A stretch of 63,649 bases of DNA, counting the filler, from Reclinomonas americana ATCC 50394 (Eukaryota): assembly GCA_048213135.1 (NCBI GenBank). It is 7 parts of 4 records of this genome, joined end to end, with 100 filler letters (N's around TTAATTAATTAA, not from the genome) between each part and the next. Parts side by side here need not be neighbours in the genome. Positions count along the whole stretch, not along the records: positions 45,423 to 53,858 come from PS015087.1; positions 53,959 to 58,616 come from PS015088.1; positions 58,717 to 61,536 come from PS015088.1; positions 61,637 to 63,649 come from PS015094.1; 3 more parts are not named here. One strand, written 5' to 3'. Below, one piece after another: positions 52,901 through 62,550 of the stretch (position 1 is the first letter of the stretch; the number at the start of each line of letters is the position of its first letter). The notes under the pieces were generated by a model that was not told the DNA's origin, made no database searches, and saw only the letters and a program-made list of their open reading frames with translations. A program made the translations under genes and the position numbers.

Positions 52901-53076
52901 NNNNNNNNNNNNNNNNNNNNNNNNNNNNNNNNNNNNNNNNNNNNNNNNNNNNNNNNNNNNNNNNNNNNNNNNNNNNNNNNNNNNNNNNNNNNNNNNNNNN
53001 NNNNNNNNNNNNNNNNNNNNNNNNNNNNNNNNNNNNNNNNNNNNNNNNNNNNTCTTCTTCTTCTTCTTCTTCTTCT

Positions 53077-53110
<34 letters not shown>

Positions 53111-53429
53111 CCTTCACACACGCACTCACCAAACACACTGGGCACAGATACTCGTCCGCCAATACTCGCGACTCTTGCGCGACTTGCTCCATCCACACAC
53201 GCGGTGGCTTCACATCCTCCTCCCTCTCTCCTACTTCCGACGGAGGACGACGATGCACAGCGCGCACCACACGAAACACGTATTGTTCCTCGCTGTCGCC
53301 AGTGAGTGCATTCCTCACTCGCATCACTTGCTGCTCGAGAACAATCTGTTCATCAGAGGCAGGAGGAGGAGGAGCAGCAGCAGAGGCCGAGCCACTGCCT
53401 GCGCCCTCGAGCATGTCCTTGAAACCCAT
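49979..53429 (-). CDS. TRAF-like RING-ZnF-coiled coil-TLDc protein, copy 3
   Basis: Same exon structure from MGFKDMLE to the TLDc end QYFQVADYEVFLVE*. Confidence 0.9.
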
Positions 53430-53959
53430 TCACCCCAGCTCGTCGCCTTGTGATGAATGGAATTGAACGTGTCCTGCAATCGTCGGGCAAGCCAAGTTGC
53501 CTTTCCTTGTCGGCCTGGTGGCTTCCTCTTCTCGTAGAGCAAGCCACCTCGTCGGTACTCCACTGTGGGGGTCGAGAGCTGCAGAGTTGCATGGACAAGT
53601 TGTCAGAGAGGTCGCAGTGCTGTTGCTGCGCATGCTCTAGATCTCCAGAATCGCACTTCGAAGGTGCCATCCTTGTAGTGATGCCACACGACTCTCCTTT
53701 CATGCAGAGCACGCTCGGCACTCTCCAACTCTTTCCTCTCCCTCGCTCACCTCCTTGCGATCACTTCTGATACCAACACCTGCTATGTTTCTCGTTTCCT
53801 TTGTGGAATTCGGCGTCAAATCCATGCTTGTCACGAGCCGTGGTTTCTCTTGCAGAAANNNNNNNNNNNNNNNNNNNNNNNNNNNNNNNNNNNNNNNNNN
53901 NNTTAATTAATTAANNNNNNNNNNNNNNNNNNNNNNNNNNNNNNNNNNNNNNNNNNNNC

Positions 53960-54465
53960 CGGCGACCTCATCTCCTACATCAATCCCAATTTCACGCTGC
54001 CCAAGGATACCAGTCGCAAGTTGCCGGCCTTCAGCACCACCTCCCCGATGGCACACCAGCTGGCACGACCGGTGCCCGAGTTGACCACGGATCCCCACTA
54101 CGCCACGTGGAACCGAGGACTCGCACAGCCACCGGTTTGCATGCTTTGCTGTTTCTCCTTCGTCACTCTCCTCCTCTCTACCTTCTTCTCTGTTCCTTCC
54201 TCTCACTCTCTCCCCCCTTTCCTCGCAGAAACGTGACTTGCACGCACTCATGCGTGGTGTGGCCACGCTGCACCCCTTCAGCAACACCAATATCAGCGTC
54301 ACCTCCACTCTCAGTTCCACTCACTCACCACGCGCCGCCATGAGTCGCATCGCTGGCGGCCATCTCAGCCCACGCGGAGGCGCGTTTGGGCGAGCTGGCC
54401 CCATGCTGTCGCCGGTCTCATCGTCGGGCGGCCGTTCTCCCGGGCGATTCGCCGGTGGAGTGTAA
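53960..54465 (+). CDS. 3' exons of an unidentified protein
   Basis: GDLISYINPNFTLPKDTS...GLAQPP, then an intron (GTTTGC...CGCAG), then ...DLHALMRGVATLHPF...GRFAGGV*. Confidence 0.4.
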
Positions 54466-54624
54466 CACTAGAAAGAGGCGAAGAGAAAGAGAGAGAATGA
54501 GAGAGATGCTCTTGTCAGTTTTCCAGTTTGTTGTTCACCAACTTATGGGGTGCAAAAACACGAAGTTGGAGAGTTGTCCTCGTCCGCACACTCAATCGTC
54601 ATTCGTTCGTCATCGTCCGCGCGC

Positions 54625-55719
54625 ATGTCAACCACCGCACCCTTCTGCCACTCTCGCACCCTCCAGGGACACACGCACATGGTGCTCTCTGTCGCCATCA
54701 CTCCCGATGGCGAGCTCATCGTGAGTGGGAGCGCAGACAAGACTGTGCGAGTGTGGTCGGAAGAAAGAGCAGTGCACACAATGGAGGGACACAGCGGGTG
54801 GGTGTGGTCTGTCGCCACCACTCCCGACAGTCAGCATGCGGTGAGCGGAAGTCGTGACAAGACTGTGCGCGTGTGGTCACTGGCCAGTGGAGAGGAGGTG
54901 CGACGATTGGATGGGCATGATGCAGCAGTGCTGACTGTTGCTGTCACTCCTGATGGGCAGCACGTTGTAAGTGGCGGTGAGGACAACACCGTGCGGGTGT
55001 GGTCACTGGCAAGTGCAGAGCAGGTGCGACAGTTGGAGGGGCACACCGACGGGGTGTGGTCTGTTGCTGTCACACCTGACGGCGAGCACATCGTCAGCGG
55101 AAGTACTGACCGGACCGTGCGAGTGTGGTCACTGGCGAGTGGAGAGGAGGTGAGGCGGTTTGGAGGACCCAGAGACCGGATCACCGCCATTGCCGTCACT
55201 CCCGACAGCCAGCAAGTGGTGTGTGCAGCGCATGACAAGACGCTGCGACTCGTGTCGCTGGCAACTGGCGAAGTAGTGTGGCGCTTGAAGGGTCACGGTG
55301 CTGGAGTGCGAGTTCTCGTCATCACGCCCGATAGCCAACACATTCTCAGCGCCGATGGAGGGAGCCCGGTGCGCGTGTGGTCGCGGGAGAGCGGGGAACT
55401 CGTGCGGCAGATTGACGGGCAGTCATCTCTGACGTCGTGTGTCGCCGTGGCTGCGCACGGAGAGTGCGTTGTAGTCGGCGATATACACAACACGCTTCGC
55501 GTCTGGTCGACACCGAGTGGCCTGGCGCTTGCCGAAGCGCGCGTCGCCCGCCTTGCCATGCACGCCGTTCAAGAGCTGCAGCGCGAGGTGGAAGACGAGG
55601 AGTGGTGTCGGCGCTGTTTGGCAGAGATCGTGCTGCGGTGCTTCCTCGTCGAGGAGGCTGACGTGGTGCTGCATCGCTGCCTCGCCGATCCGTTGATGTG
55701 CTGGCGGAGGCCTAGGTGA
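54625..55719 (+). CDS. Intronless WD40 protein with conserved C-terminal tail (array 2, copy D)
   Basis: Seven WD repeats. Tail STPSGLALAEARVARLAMHAVQELQREVEDEEWCRRCLAEIVLRCFLVEEADVVLHRCLADP is homologous to the array 1 tails. Confidence 0.93.
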   Translation: MSTTAPFCHSRTLQGHTHMVLSVAITPDGELIVSGSADKTVRVWSEERAVHTMEGHSGWVWSVATTPDSQHAVSGSRDKTVRVWSLASGEEVRRLDGHDAAVLTVAVTPDGQHVVSGGEDNTVRVWSLASAEQVRQLEGHTDGVWSVAVTPDGEHIVSGSTDRTVRVWSLASGEEVRRFGGPRDRITAIAVTPDSQQVVCAAHDKTLRLVSLATGEVVWRLKGHGAGVRVLVITPDSQHILSADGGSPVRVWSRESGELVRQIDGQSSLTSCVAVAAHGECVVVGDIHNTLRVWSTPSGLALAEARVARLAMHAVQELQREVEDEEWCRRCLAEIVLRCFLVEEADVVLHRCLADPLMCWRRPR

Positions 55720-55917
55720 TTGCACCCGCACCAGTTTGGTGATCAGCTGCAAGGGTGAGGAATGAACGCCTGTAATGTTCACCAACGCAGCTCAGTGTTT
55801 CCGAGTTGGTTTCGTGTATAGCCTGCCGTTCTGCCGAGGGAGTCTGCTCGCAGAGTGTAATGCCAGGAAGTTAGAGAGTTGTCCCCGTCCGCTCTTCCTT
55901 CAATCATCTCGAGTCGC

Positions 55918-57003
55918 ATGTTGAGCGCACCCTTCTGCCACTCTCGCACTCTCCATGGACACACTCGCATGGTGCTCTCTGTCGCCATCACTCCCAATGG
56001 CGAGCTCATCGTGAGTGGGAGCGCAGACAGGACTGTGCGAGTGTGGATGAACGAAAGAGCAGTGCACACAATGGAGGGACACAGCGGGTGGGTGTGGTCT
56101 GTCGCCACCACTCCCGACAGTCAGCATGCAGTGAGCGGAAGTCGTGACAAGACTGTGCGCGTGTGGTCACTGGCGAGTGGAGAGGAGGTGCGACGATGGG
56201 AGGGGCATGATGCAGCAGTGCTGACTGTTGCTGTCACTCCCGATGGGCAGAGCGTTGTGAGTGGCGGTGAGGACAACACCGTGCGAGTGTGGTCACTGGC
56301 AAGTGCAGAGCAGGTGCGACAGTTGGAGGGGCACACCGACTGGGTGTGGTCTGTCGCTGTCACTCCTGACGGCGAGCACATCATCAGCGGAAGTACGGAC
56401 CGGACCGTGCGAGTGTGGTCACTGGCAAGTGGAGAGGAGGTGAGGCGGTTTGGAGGACCCAGAGACCGGATCACCGCCATTGCCGTCACGCCCGACAGCC
56501 AGCACGTGGTGTGTGCAGCGCATGACAAGACGCTGCGACTCGTGTCGCTGGCAACTGGCGAAGTTGTGTGGCGCTTGAAGGGTCACGGTGTTGGAGTGCA
56601 TGTTCTCGTCATCACGCCCGATAGCCAACACATTCTCAGCGCCGATGGAAGGAGCCCGGTGCGCGTGTGGTCGCGGGAGAGCGGGGAACTCGTGTTGCAA
56701 ATTGACGGGCATTCATCTCTGACGTCATGTGTTGCCGTGGCTGCGCACGGAGAGTGCGTTGTAGTCGGCGATATGCAGAACACGATTCGCGTCTGGTCGA
56801 CACCGAGCGGCCTGGCGCTTGCCGAAGCGCGCGTCGCACGCCTTGCCATGCACGCCGTTCAAGAGCTGCAGCGCGAGGTGGAAGACGAGGAGTGGTGTCG
56901 GCGCTGTTTGGCGGAGATTGTGCTGCGGTGTTTCCTTGTCGAGGAGGCCGACGTTGTGCTGCATCGGTGCCTCGCCAATCCGTTGATGTGCTGGCGGCGG
57001 TGA
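55918..57003 (+). CDS. Intronless WD40 protein (array 2, copy E)
   Basis: Near-identical paralogue in a ~1290-bp tandem unit. Confidence 0.93.
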   Translation: MLSAPFCHSRTLHGHTRMVLSVAITPNGELIVSGSADRTVRVWMNERAVHTMEGHSGWVWSVATTPDSQHAVSGSRDKTVRVWSLASGEEVRRWEGHDAAVLTVAVTPDGQSVVSGGEDNTVRVWSLASAEQVRQLEGHTDWVWSVAVTPDGEHIISGSTDRTVRVWSLASGEEVRRFGGPRDRITAIAVTPDSQHVVCAAHDKTLRLVSLATGEVVWRLKGHGVGVHVLVITPDSQHILSADGRSPVRVWSRESGELVLQIDGHSSLTSCVAVAAHGECVVVGDMQNTIRVWSTPSGLALAEARVARLAMHAVQELQREVEDEEWCRRCLAEIVLRCFLVEEADVVLHRCLANPLMCWRR

Positions 57004-57207
57004 TTGCACCCGCACCAGTTTGGTGATTTGCTGCAAGGGTGAGGAATGAACGCCTGTAATGTTCACCAACGCAGCTCAGTGTTTCCGAGTTGGTTTCGTG
57101 TATAGCCTGCCGTTCTGCCGAGGGAGTCTGCTCGCAGAGTGTAATGCCAGGAAGTTAGAGAGTTGTCCCCGTCCGCTCTTCCTTCAATTATCTCAATATC
57201 AAGTCGC

Positions 57208-58293
57208 ATGTTGAGCGCACCCTTCTGCCACTCTCGCACCCTTCAGGGACACACGCTTATGGTGCTCTCTGTCGCCATCACTCCCGACAGCGAGCTCATC
57301 GTGAGTGGGAGCGCTGACCAGACTGTGCGAGTGTGGATGAACGAAAGAGCAGTGCACACAATGGAGGGACACAGCGGGTGGGTGTGGTCTGTCGCCACCA
57401 CTCCCGACAGTCAGCATGCAGTGAGCGGAAGTCGTGACAAGACTGTGCGCGTGTGGTCACTGGCGAGTGGAGAGGAGGTGCGACGATTGGATGGGCATGA
57501 TGCAGCGGTGCTGACTGTTGCTGTCACTCCCGATGGGCAGCACATTGTGAGTGGCGGTGAGGACAACATCGTGCGAGTGTGGTCGCTGGCGAGTGGAGAA
57601 CAGGTGCGACAGTTGGAGGGACACACCGACTGCGTGTGGTCTGTCGCTGTCACTGCCGACGGAGAGCACGTGGTGAGTGGGAGTGGCGACAAGACCGTGC
57701 GCGTGTGGTCACTGGCGAGTGGAGAGGAGGTGAGGCGGTTTGGAGGGTTCAGAGACTGGATCTCCGCCATTGCCATCACGCCCGACAGCCAGCACGTGGT
57801 GTGCATAGGGCATGACAAGACGCTGCGACTCGTGTCACTGGCAACTGGCGAGGATGTGTGGCGCTTGAAGGGCCACGGTGCTGGAGTACGAGTTCTCGTT
57901 GTCACGCGCGACGGGCAGCACATTCTCGGCGCCGATGGAAGGAGCCCGGTGCGCGTGTGGTCGCGGGAGAGCGGGGAACTCGTGCGGGAGATTGACGGGC
58001 ATTCATCTCTGACGTCATGTGTTGCCGTGGCTGCGCATGGAGAGTGCGTTGTAGTCGGCGATATGCAGAACACGATTCGCGTCTGGTCGACACCGAGCGG
58101 CCTGGCGCTTGCCGAAGCGCGCGTCGCCCGCCTTGCCATGCACGCCGTTCAAGAGCTGCAGCACGAGGTGGAAGACGAGGGGTGGAGTCGGCGCTGTTTG
58201 GCAGAGATCGTGCTGCGGTGTTTCCTTGTCGAGGAGGCTGACGTGGTGCTGCATCGCTGCCTCGCCAATCCGTTGATGTGCTGGCGGCGGTGA
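57208..58293 (+). CDS. Intronless WD40 protein (array 2, copy F)
   Basis: Near-identical paralogue in a ~1290-bp tandem unit. Confidence 0.93.
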   Translation: MLSAPFCHSRTLQGHTLMVLSVAITPDSELIVSGSADQTVRVWMNERAVHTMEGHSGWVWSVATTPDSQHAVSGSRDKTVRVWSLASGEEVRRLDGHDAAVLTVAVTPDGQHIVSGGEDNIVRVWSLASGEQVRQLEGHTDCVWSVAVTADGEHVVSGSGDKTVRVWSLASGEEVRRFGGFRDWISAIAITPDSQHVVCIGHDKTLRLVSLATGEDVWRLKGHGAGVRVLVVTRDGQHILGADGRSPVRVWSRESGELVREIDGHSSLTSCVAVAAHGECVVVGDMQNTIRVWSTPSGLALAEARVARLAMHAVQELQHEVEDEGWSRRCLAEIVLRCFLVEEADVVLHRCLANPLMCWRR

Positions 58294-58462
58294 TTGCACC
58301 CGCACCAGTTTGGTGATCAGCTGCTGAGGAATGAATGCAGTGTTTCCAAGCTAGTTTCATATATAGCCTGCTGTTCTGCCGAGGGAGTCTGCTTGTGGAG
58401 TGTAATGCCAGGAAGTTAGAGAGTTGTCCCCGTCCGCTCTTCCTTCAATCATCTCGAGTCGC

Positions 58463-60420
58463 ATGTTGAGCGCACCCTTCTGCCACTCTCGCACCCTCAA
58501 CGGGCACACCCACGCGGTAATGTCTCTCGCAGTCACCCGCGACGGCCTCTCAATCGTCAGCACGGGCTGGGACAAGACTGTGCGCGTGTGGTCACTCGTC
58601 AGTGGCGAACAAGTGCNNNNNNNNNNNNNNNNNNNNNNNNNNNNNNNNNNNNNNNNNNNNTTAATTAATTAANNNNNNNNNNNNNNNNNNNNNNNNNNNN
58701 NNNNNNNNNNNNNNNNACCGCATGGAGGGACACACCGGGTGGGTGTGGTCTGTGGCCATCACACCCGACAGTCTCTCGGTGGTCAGTGGCAGTGCGGATG
58801 CCACTATCCGCGTGTGGTCGCTGGTGAGTGGCGAGGAGGTGCGACGACTGGAGGGTCACGATGGTTCAGTGATGTCAGTCGCCATCACCCCCGATGGCCA
58901 GCACGTTGTGAGTGGAAGTCATGATGAATCTGTGCGAATGTGGTCGCTGGTGAGTGGCGAGGAGGTGCACCGCTTGGTGGGGCACACGGGATGGGTGTGG
59001 TCTGTCGCGGTCACAGCCGACGGAGAGCATGTGGTGAGCGGGAGTGGCGACAAGACCGTGCGAGTGTGGTCACTGGCGAGTGGCGAGGTGCGACGACTGG
59101 CGACATTCACCGACTGGGTCACCGCCATGGCCGTCACGCCCGACAGCCAGCACGTGGTGTGCGCAGGGCACGACNNNNNNNNNNNNNNNNNNNNNNNNNN
59201 NNNNNNNNNNNNNNNNNNNNNNNNNNNNNNNNNNNNNNNNNNNNNNNNNNNNNNNNNNNNNNNNNNNNNNNNNNNNNNNNNNNNNNNNNNNNNNNNNNNN
59301 NNNNNNNNNNNNNNNNNNNNNNNNNNNNNNNNNNNNNNNNNNNNNNNNNNNNNNNNNNNNNNNNNNNNNNNNNNNNNNNNNNNNNNNNNNNNNNNNNNNN
59401 NNNNNNNNNNNNNNNNNNNNNNNNNNNNNNNNNNNNNNNNNNNNNNNNNNNNNNNNNNNNNNNNNNNNNNNNNNNNNNNNNNNNNNNNNNNNNNNNNNNN
59501 NNNNNNNNNNNNNNNNNNNNNNNNNNNNNNNNNNNNNNNNNNNNNNNNNNNNNNNNNNNNNNNNNNNNNNNNNNNNNNNNNNNNNNNNNNNNNNNNNNNN
59601 NNNNNNNNNNNNNNNNNNNNNNNNNNNNNNNNNNNNNNNNNNNNNNNNNNNNNNNNNNNNNNNNNNNNNNNNNNNNNNNNNNNNNNNNNNNNNNNNNNNN
59701 NNNNNNNNNNNNNNNNNNNNNNNNNNNNNNNNNNNNNNNNNNNNNNNNNNNNNNNNNNNNNNNNNNNNNNNNNNNNNNNNNNNNNNNNNNNNNNNNNNNN
59801 NNNNNNNNNNNNNNNNNNNNNNNNNNNNNNNNNNNNNNNNNNNNNNNNNNNNNNNNNNNNNNNNNNNNNNNNNNNNNNNNNNNNNNNNNNNNNNNNNNNN
59901 NNNNNNNNNNNNNNNNNNNNNNNNNNNNNNNNNNNNNNNNNNNNNNNNNNNNNNNNNNNNNNNNTTGGCGCTGCGACTCTTCTCACTGACAAGTGGCGCA
60001 GAAGTATGGCGCAAGGAGTGGCAAGCTGGTGGCGTACGGCTGCTCACCGTCACGCACGACGGGCAGCACATCCTCGGCGCCGGCGGAAGCAACGCAGTGC
60101 GCGCATGGTCGCGGGAGAGCGGCGAACCGCTTGCCGATCTTGACGAGCACTCGTCTCTGTCGTCGTCCGTGGCCGCGCACGACGACGGGTGCGTCGTCGC
60201 CTGCGGCTACATGCACGGCACGATTCGCGTGTGGTCGACACCGCGCGGCCTCGCTCGTGCGGAAGCACGCGTCGCTCGCCTCGCCATGCACGCCATTCAA
60301 GACGTGCTGCACGAGATGGAAGACGATTGGAATCGCGCTTGCCTGCCCGAGATCGTTCTGCGCTGCTTCCTCGTCGAGGAGGCCGCTGTGGTGCTGCATC
60401 GGTGCCTCACCGATGCCTAA
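58463..60420 (+). CDS. Intronless WD40 protein (array 2, copy G), split by a linker and an N gap that both close in frame
   Basis: ...SGEQV + HRMEGHTGW (GTG C|AC CGC) and ...CAGHD + LALRLFSL join with no missing residues relative to the paralogues. Tail ends CLPEIVLRCFLVEEAAVVLHRCLTDA*. Confidence 0.82.
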
Positions 60421-60660
60421 CAGAAGGCGAAGTAAACACGAGTGGAATCGCGATCGCAGAGATCGCCGATGTAGTGCTGCATCGCTGCCTCACTGATGCC
60501 TAGCACTGCACAGTTGGCGAAGTAAACACGATCGGAATCGCGCCTGTTTGCCAGAGATCGTTCTGCGCTGCTTCCTAGTCGAAGTATCCGACGTAGTGCT
60601 GCATCGCTGCCTCGCCGATGCCTAGCACAGCTGCACAGAGATGTCGAAGTAAACACGAGT
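60421..60660 (+). pseudogene. Two extra degenerate copies of the WD40 gene 3' tail
   Basis: GGAATCGCG...GAGATCG...GTGCTGCATCGCTGCCTC..GATGCCTAG is repeated, each copy followed by CGAAGTAAACACGA. Confidence 0.8.
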
Positions 60661-60839
60661 TGTCCTTCTCCTTCATTGTCACCGCTGCGATCGCAAGAGC
60701 ATGGATCTCTCGCGTTCCATCGCCCGCCACGTATTCCCCACCGTCACAGGTCACTCACACCTCCTTCTCCTCTCACCACGCAGCACTGACACCCCCTCAC
60801 ACACGCACAGGCCTCACACACCTGGTCGCCTCTGCCTCC

Positions 60840-61536
60840 ATGACCACTCACGCTCCTCGCTCACTGTTCCCTCCACACGCGCTCATTGGCATGGTGCACC
60901 TGCCTGCGCTCCCGGGGNNNNNNNNNNNNNNNNNNNNNNNNNNNNNNNNNNNNNNNNNNNNNNNNNNNNNNNNNNNNNNNNNNNNNNNNNNNNNNNNNNN
61001 NNNNNNNNNNNNNNNNNNNNNNNNNNNNNNNNNNNNNNNNNNNNNNNNNNNNNNNNNNNNNNNNNNNNNNNNNNNNNNNNNNNNNNNNNNNNNNNNNNNN
61101 NNNNNNNNNNNNNNNNNNNNNNNNNNNNNNNNNNNNNNNNNNNNNNNNNNNNNNNNNNNNNNNNNNNNNNNNNNNNNNNNNNNNNNNNNNNNNNNNNNNN
61201 NNNNNNNNNNNNNNNNNNNNNNNNNNNNNNNNNNNNNNNNNNNNNNNNNNNNNNNNNNNNNNNNNNNNNNNNNNNNNNNNNNNNNNNNNNNNNNNNNNNN
61301 NNNNNNNNNNNNNNNNNACGCCCATGAGCAGCTCATCAGTGGAGAGCATTGTGGAGCATGCGGTGCGTGAGGCGCGCTTTCTGGAGCAGTGTGGCTTTCA
61401 TGGGGTGCTGGTGGAGAACATGCATGATCGGCCGTATGTGATGCGCGAGGAGGTTGGGGCGGAGGTGGTGGCGGCCATGGCGGTGGCGGTGGCGGCGGTG
61501 AGGAGGGCGGTGAGGGTGCCGGTGGGGGTGCAGGTG
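60840..61536 (+). CDS. btpA: BtpA/SgcQ family TIM-barrel protein (5' part)
   Basis: LIGMVHLPALPG+TP...AVREARFLEQCGFHGVLVENMHDRPY...EVVAAMA..VRRAVRVPVGVQV are the family signature motifs. Confidence 0.9.
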
Positions 61537-61636
61537 NNNNNNNNNNNNNNNNNNNNNNNNNNNNNNNNNNNNNNNNNNNNTTAATTAATTAANNNNNNNN
61601 NNNNNNNNNNNNNNNNNNNNNNNNNNNNNNNNNNNN

Positions 61637-61689
61637 CCACTTTCAAGTCACTTCAACTCGACAAATCTGACTGTGAGTTTGCTTTCATG

Positions 61690-61720
<31 letters not shown>

Positions 61721-62240
61721 ACATTGTCCGCGCACATGAGCTGCATACAGCAGGCCACACGAAGCAAGACCACGCCTCCTTCAGGAGCACTTTCGACTCA
61801 CTTCAATTCGACACATCTGACAAAGTTGCGTGTTTGCAAGCCCTCTCTCGCTCTCTCTTCTCTTCGTTGTTTGCGCATGTGAGCTGCCGACAGCATGTCT
61901 CACAATGCAAGACCACGCATCCTCAAAACCACTTTCGACCCACTTCAACTCGAAAATCCGACAAACTATGCGTGTTTGCAAGCTCTCTCACTCGCTCTTC
62001 TCTTCTCTTCGTTGTCCGCGCGCATCAGCTGCACACAGCAGGCCTCTCGAAGCACGACCGCGACTCCTCATGAGCACTTTCGACTCACTTCAATTCGACA
62101 AATCCGACAAACTATGCGTGTTTGCAAGCTCTCTCCCTCTTCTCTTCTCTTCTCTACATTGTCCGCGCGCATCAGCTGCACACAGCAGGCCTCACAAAGC
62201 GTGCTGCGAAACCACTTTCACGTCGCACTTCAACTCGCCA
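61637..62240. repeat. Tandem repeat, ~140-150 bp unit, ~4 copies
   Basis: CACTTTCGACTCACTTCAA(C/T)TCGACAAATC(C/T)GACAAA...GTCCGCGC(G/A)CAT(C/G)AGCTGCA is repeated. Confidence 0.9.
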
Positions 62241-62278
62241 CTCCAACCAACCAAATCCCTTGTTTCACTTCGCTTATC

Positions 62279-62550
62279 ATGCGCACGCACGCGCAACCCA
62301 CGCACATGCACAAGCACAAGAAACACCACCATCATAAACATGAAGGCCACACGAGCGTCTCCGAAGAAGACGAGCAGCGGCGCGTGTCGGATTTGGAGAT
62401 GCTCAACGCCGTCAAAGTCGCCCGCCAGGAGCAGGCCATGAAGAAGACGCAGAAGACACAGAAGAAGAAGAAGGCTGCGGTACAAGTGACGGGCATGCTG
62501 GTGGATGATGGCGATAGCAGTGAGGAGGATGTGGATGAGGATGAGCAGAG
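62279..62550 (+). CDS. Possible exon of a His/Lys/acidic low-complexity protein
   Basis: HKHKKHHHHKHEGHTSVSEEDEQRRVSDLEMLNAVKVARQEQAMKK...DDGDSSEEDVDEDEQ ends at a GTTGCG donor. Confidence 0.4.

Noticed and set aside
60325-60660. Diversity-generating retroelement VR/TR pair
   Set aside because: Mismatches are not restricted to adenines, many are synonymous, and no reverse transcriptase is visible in the window.
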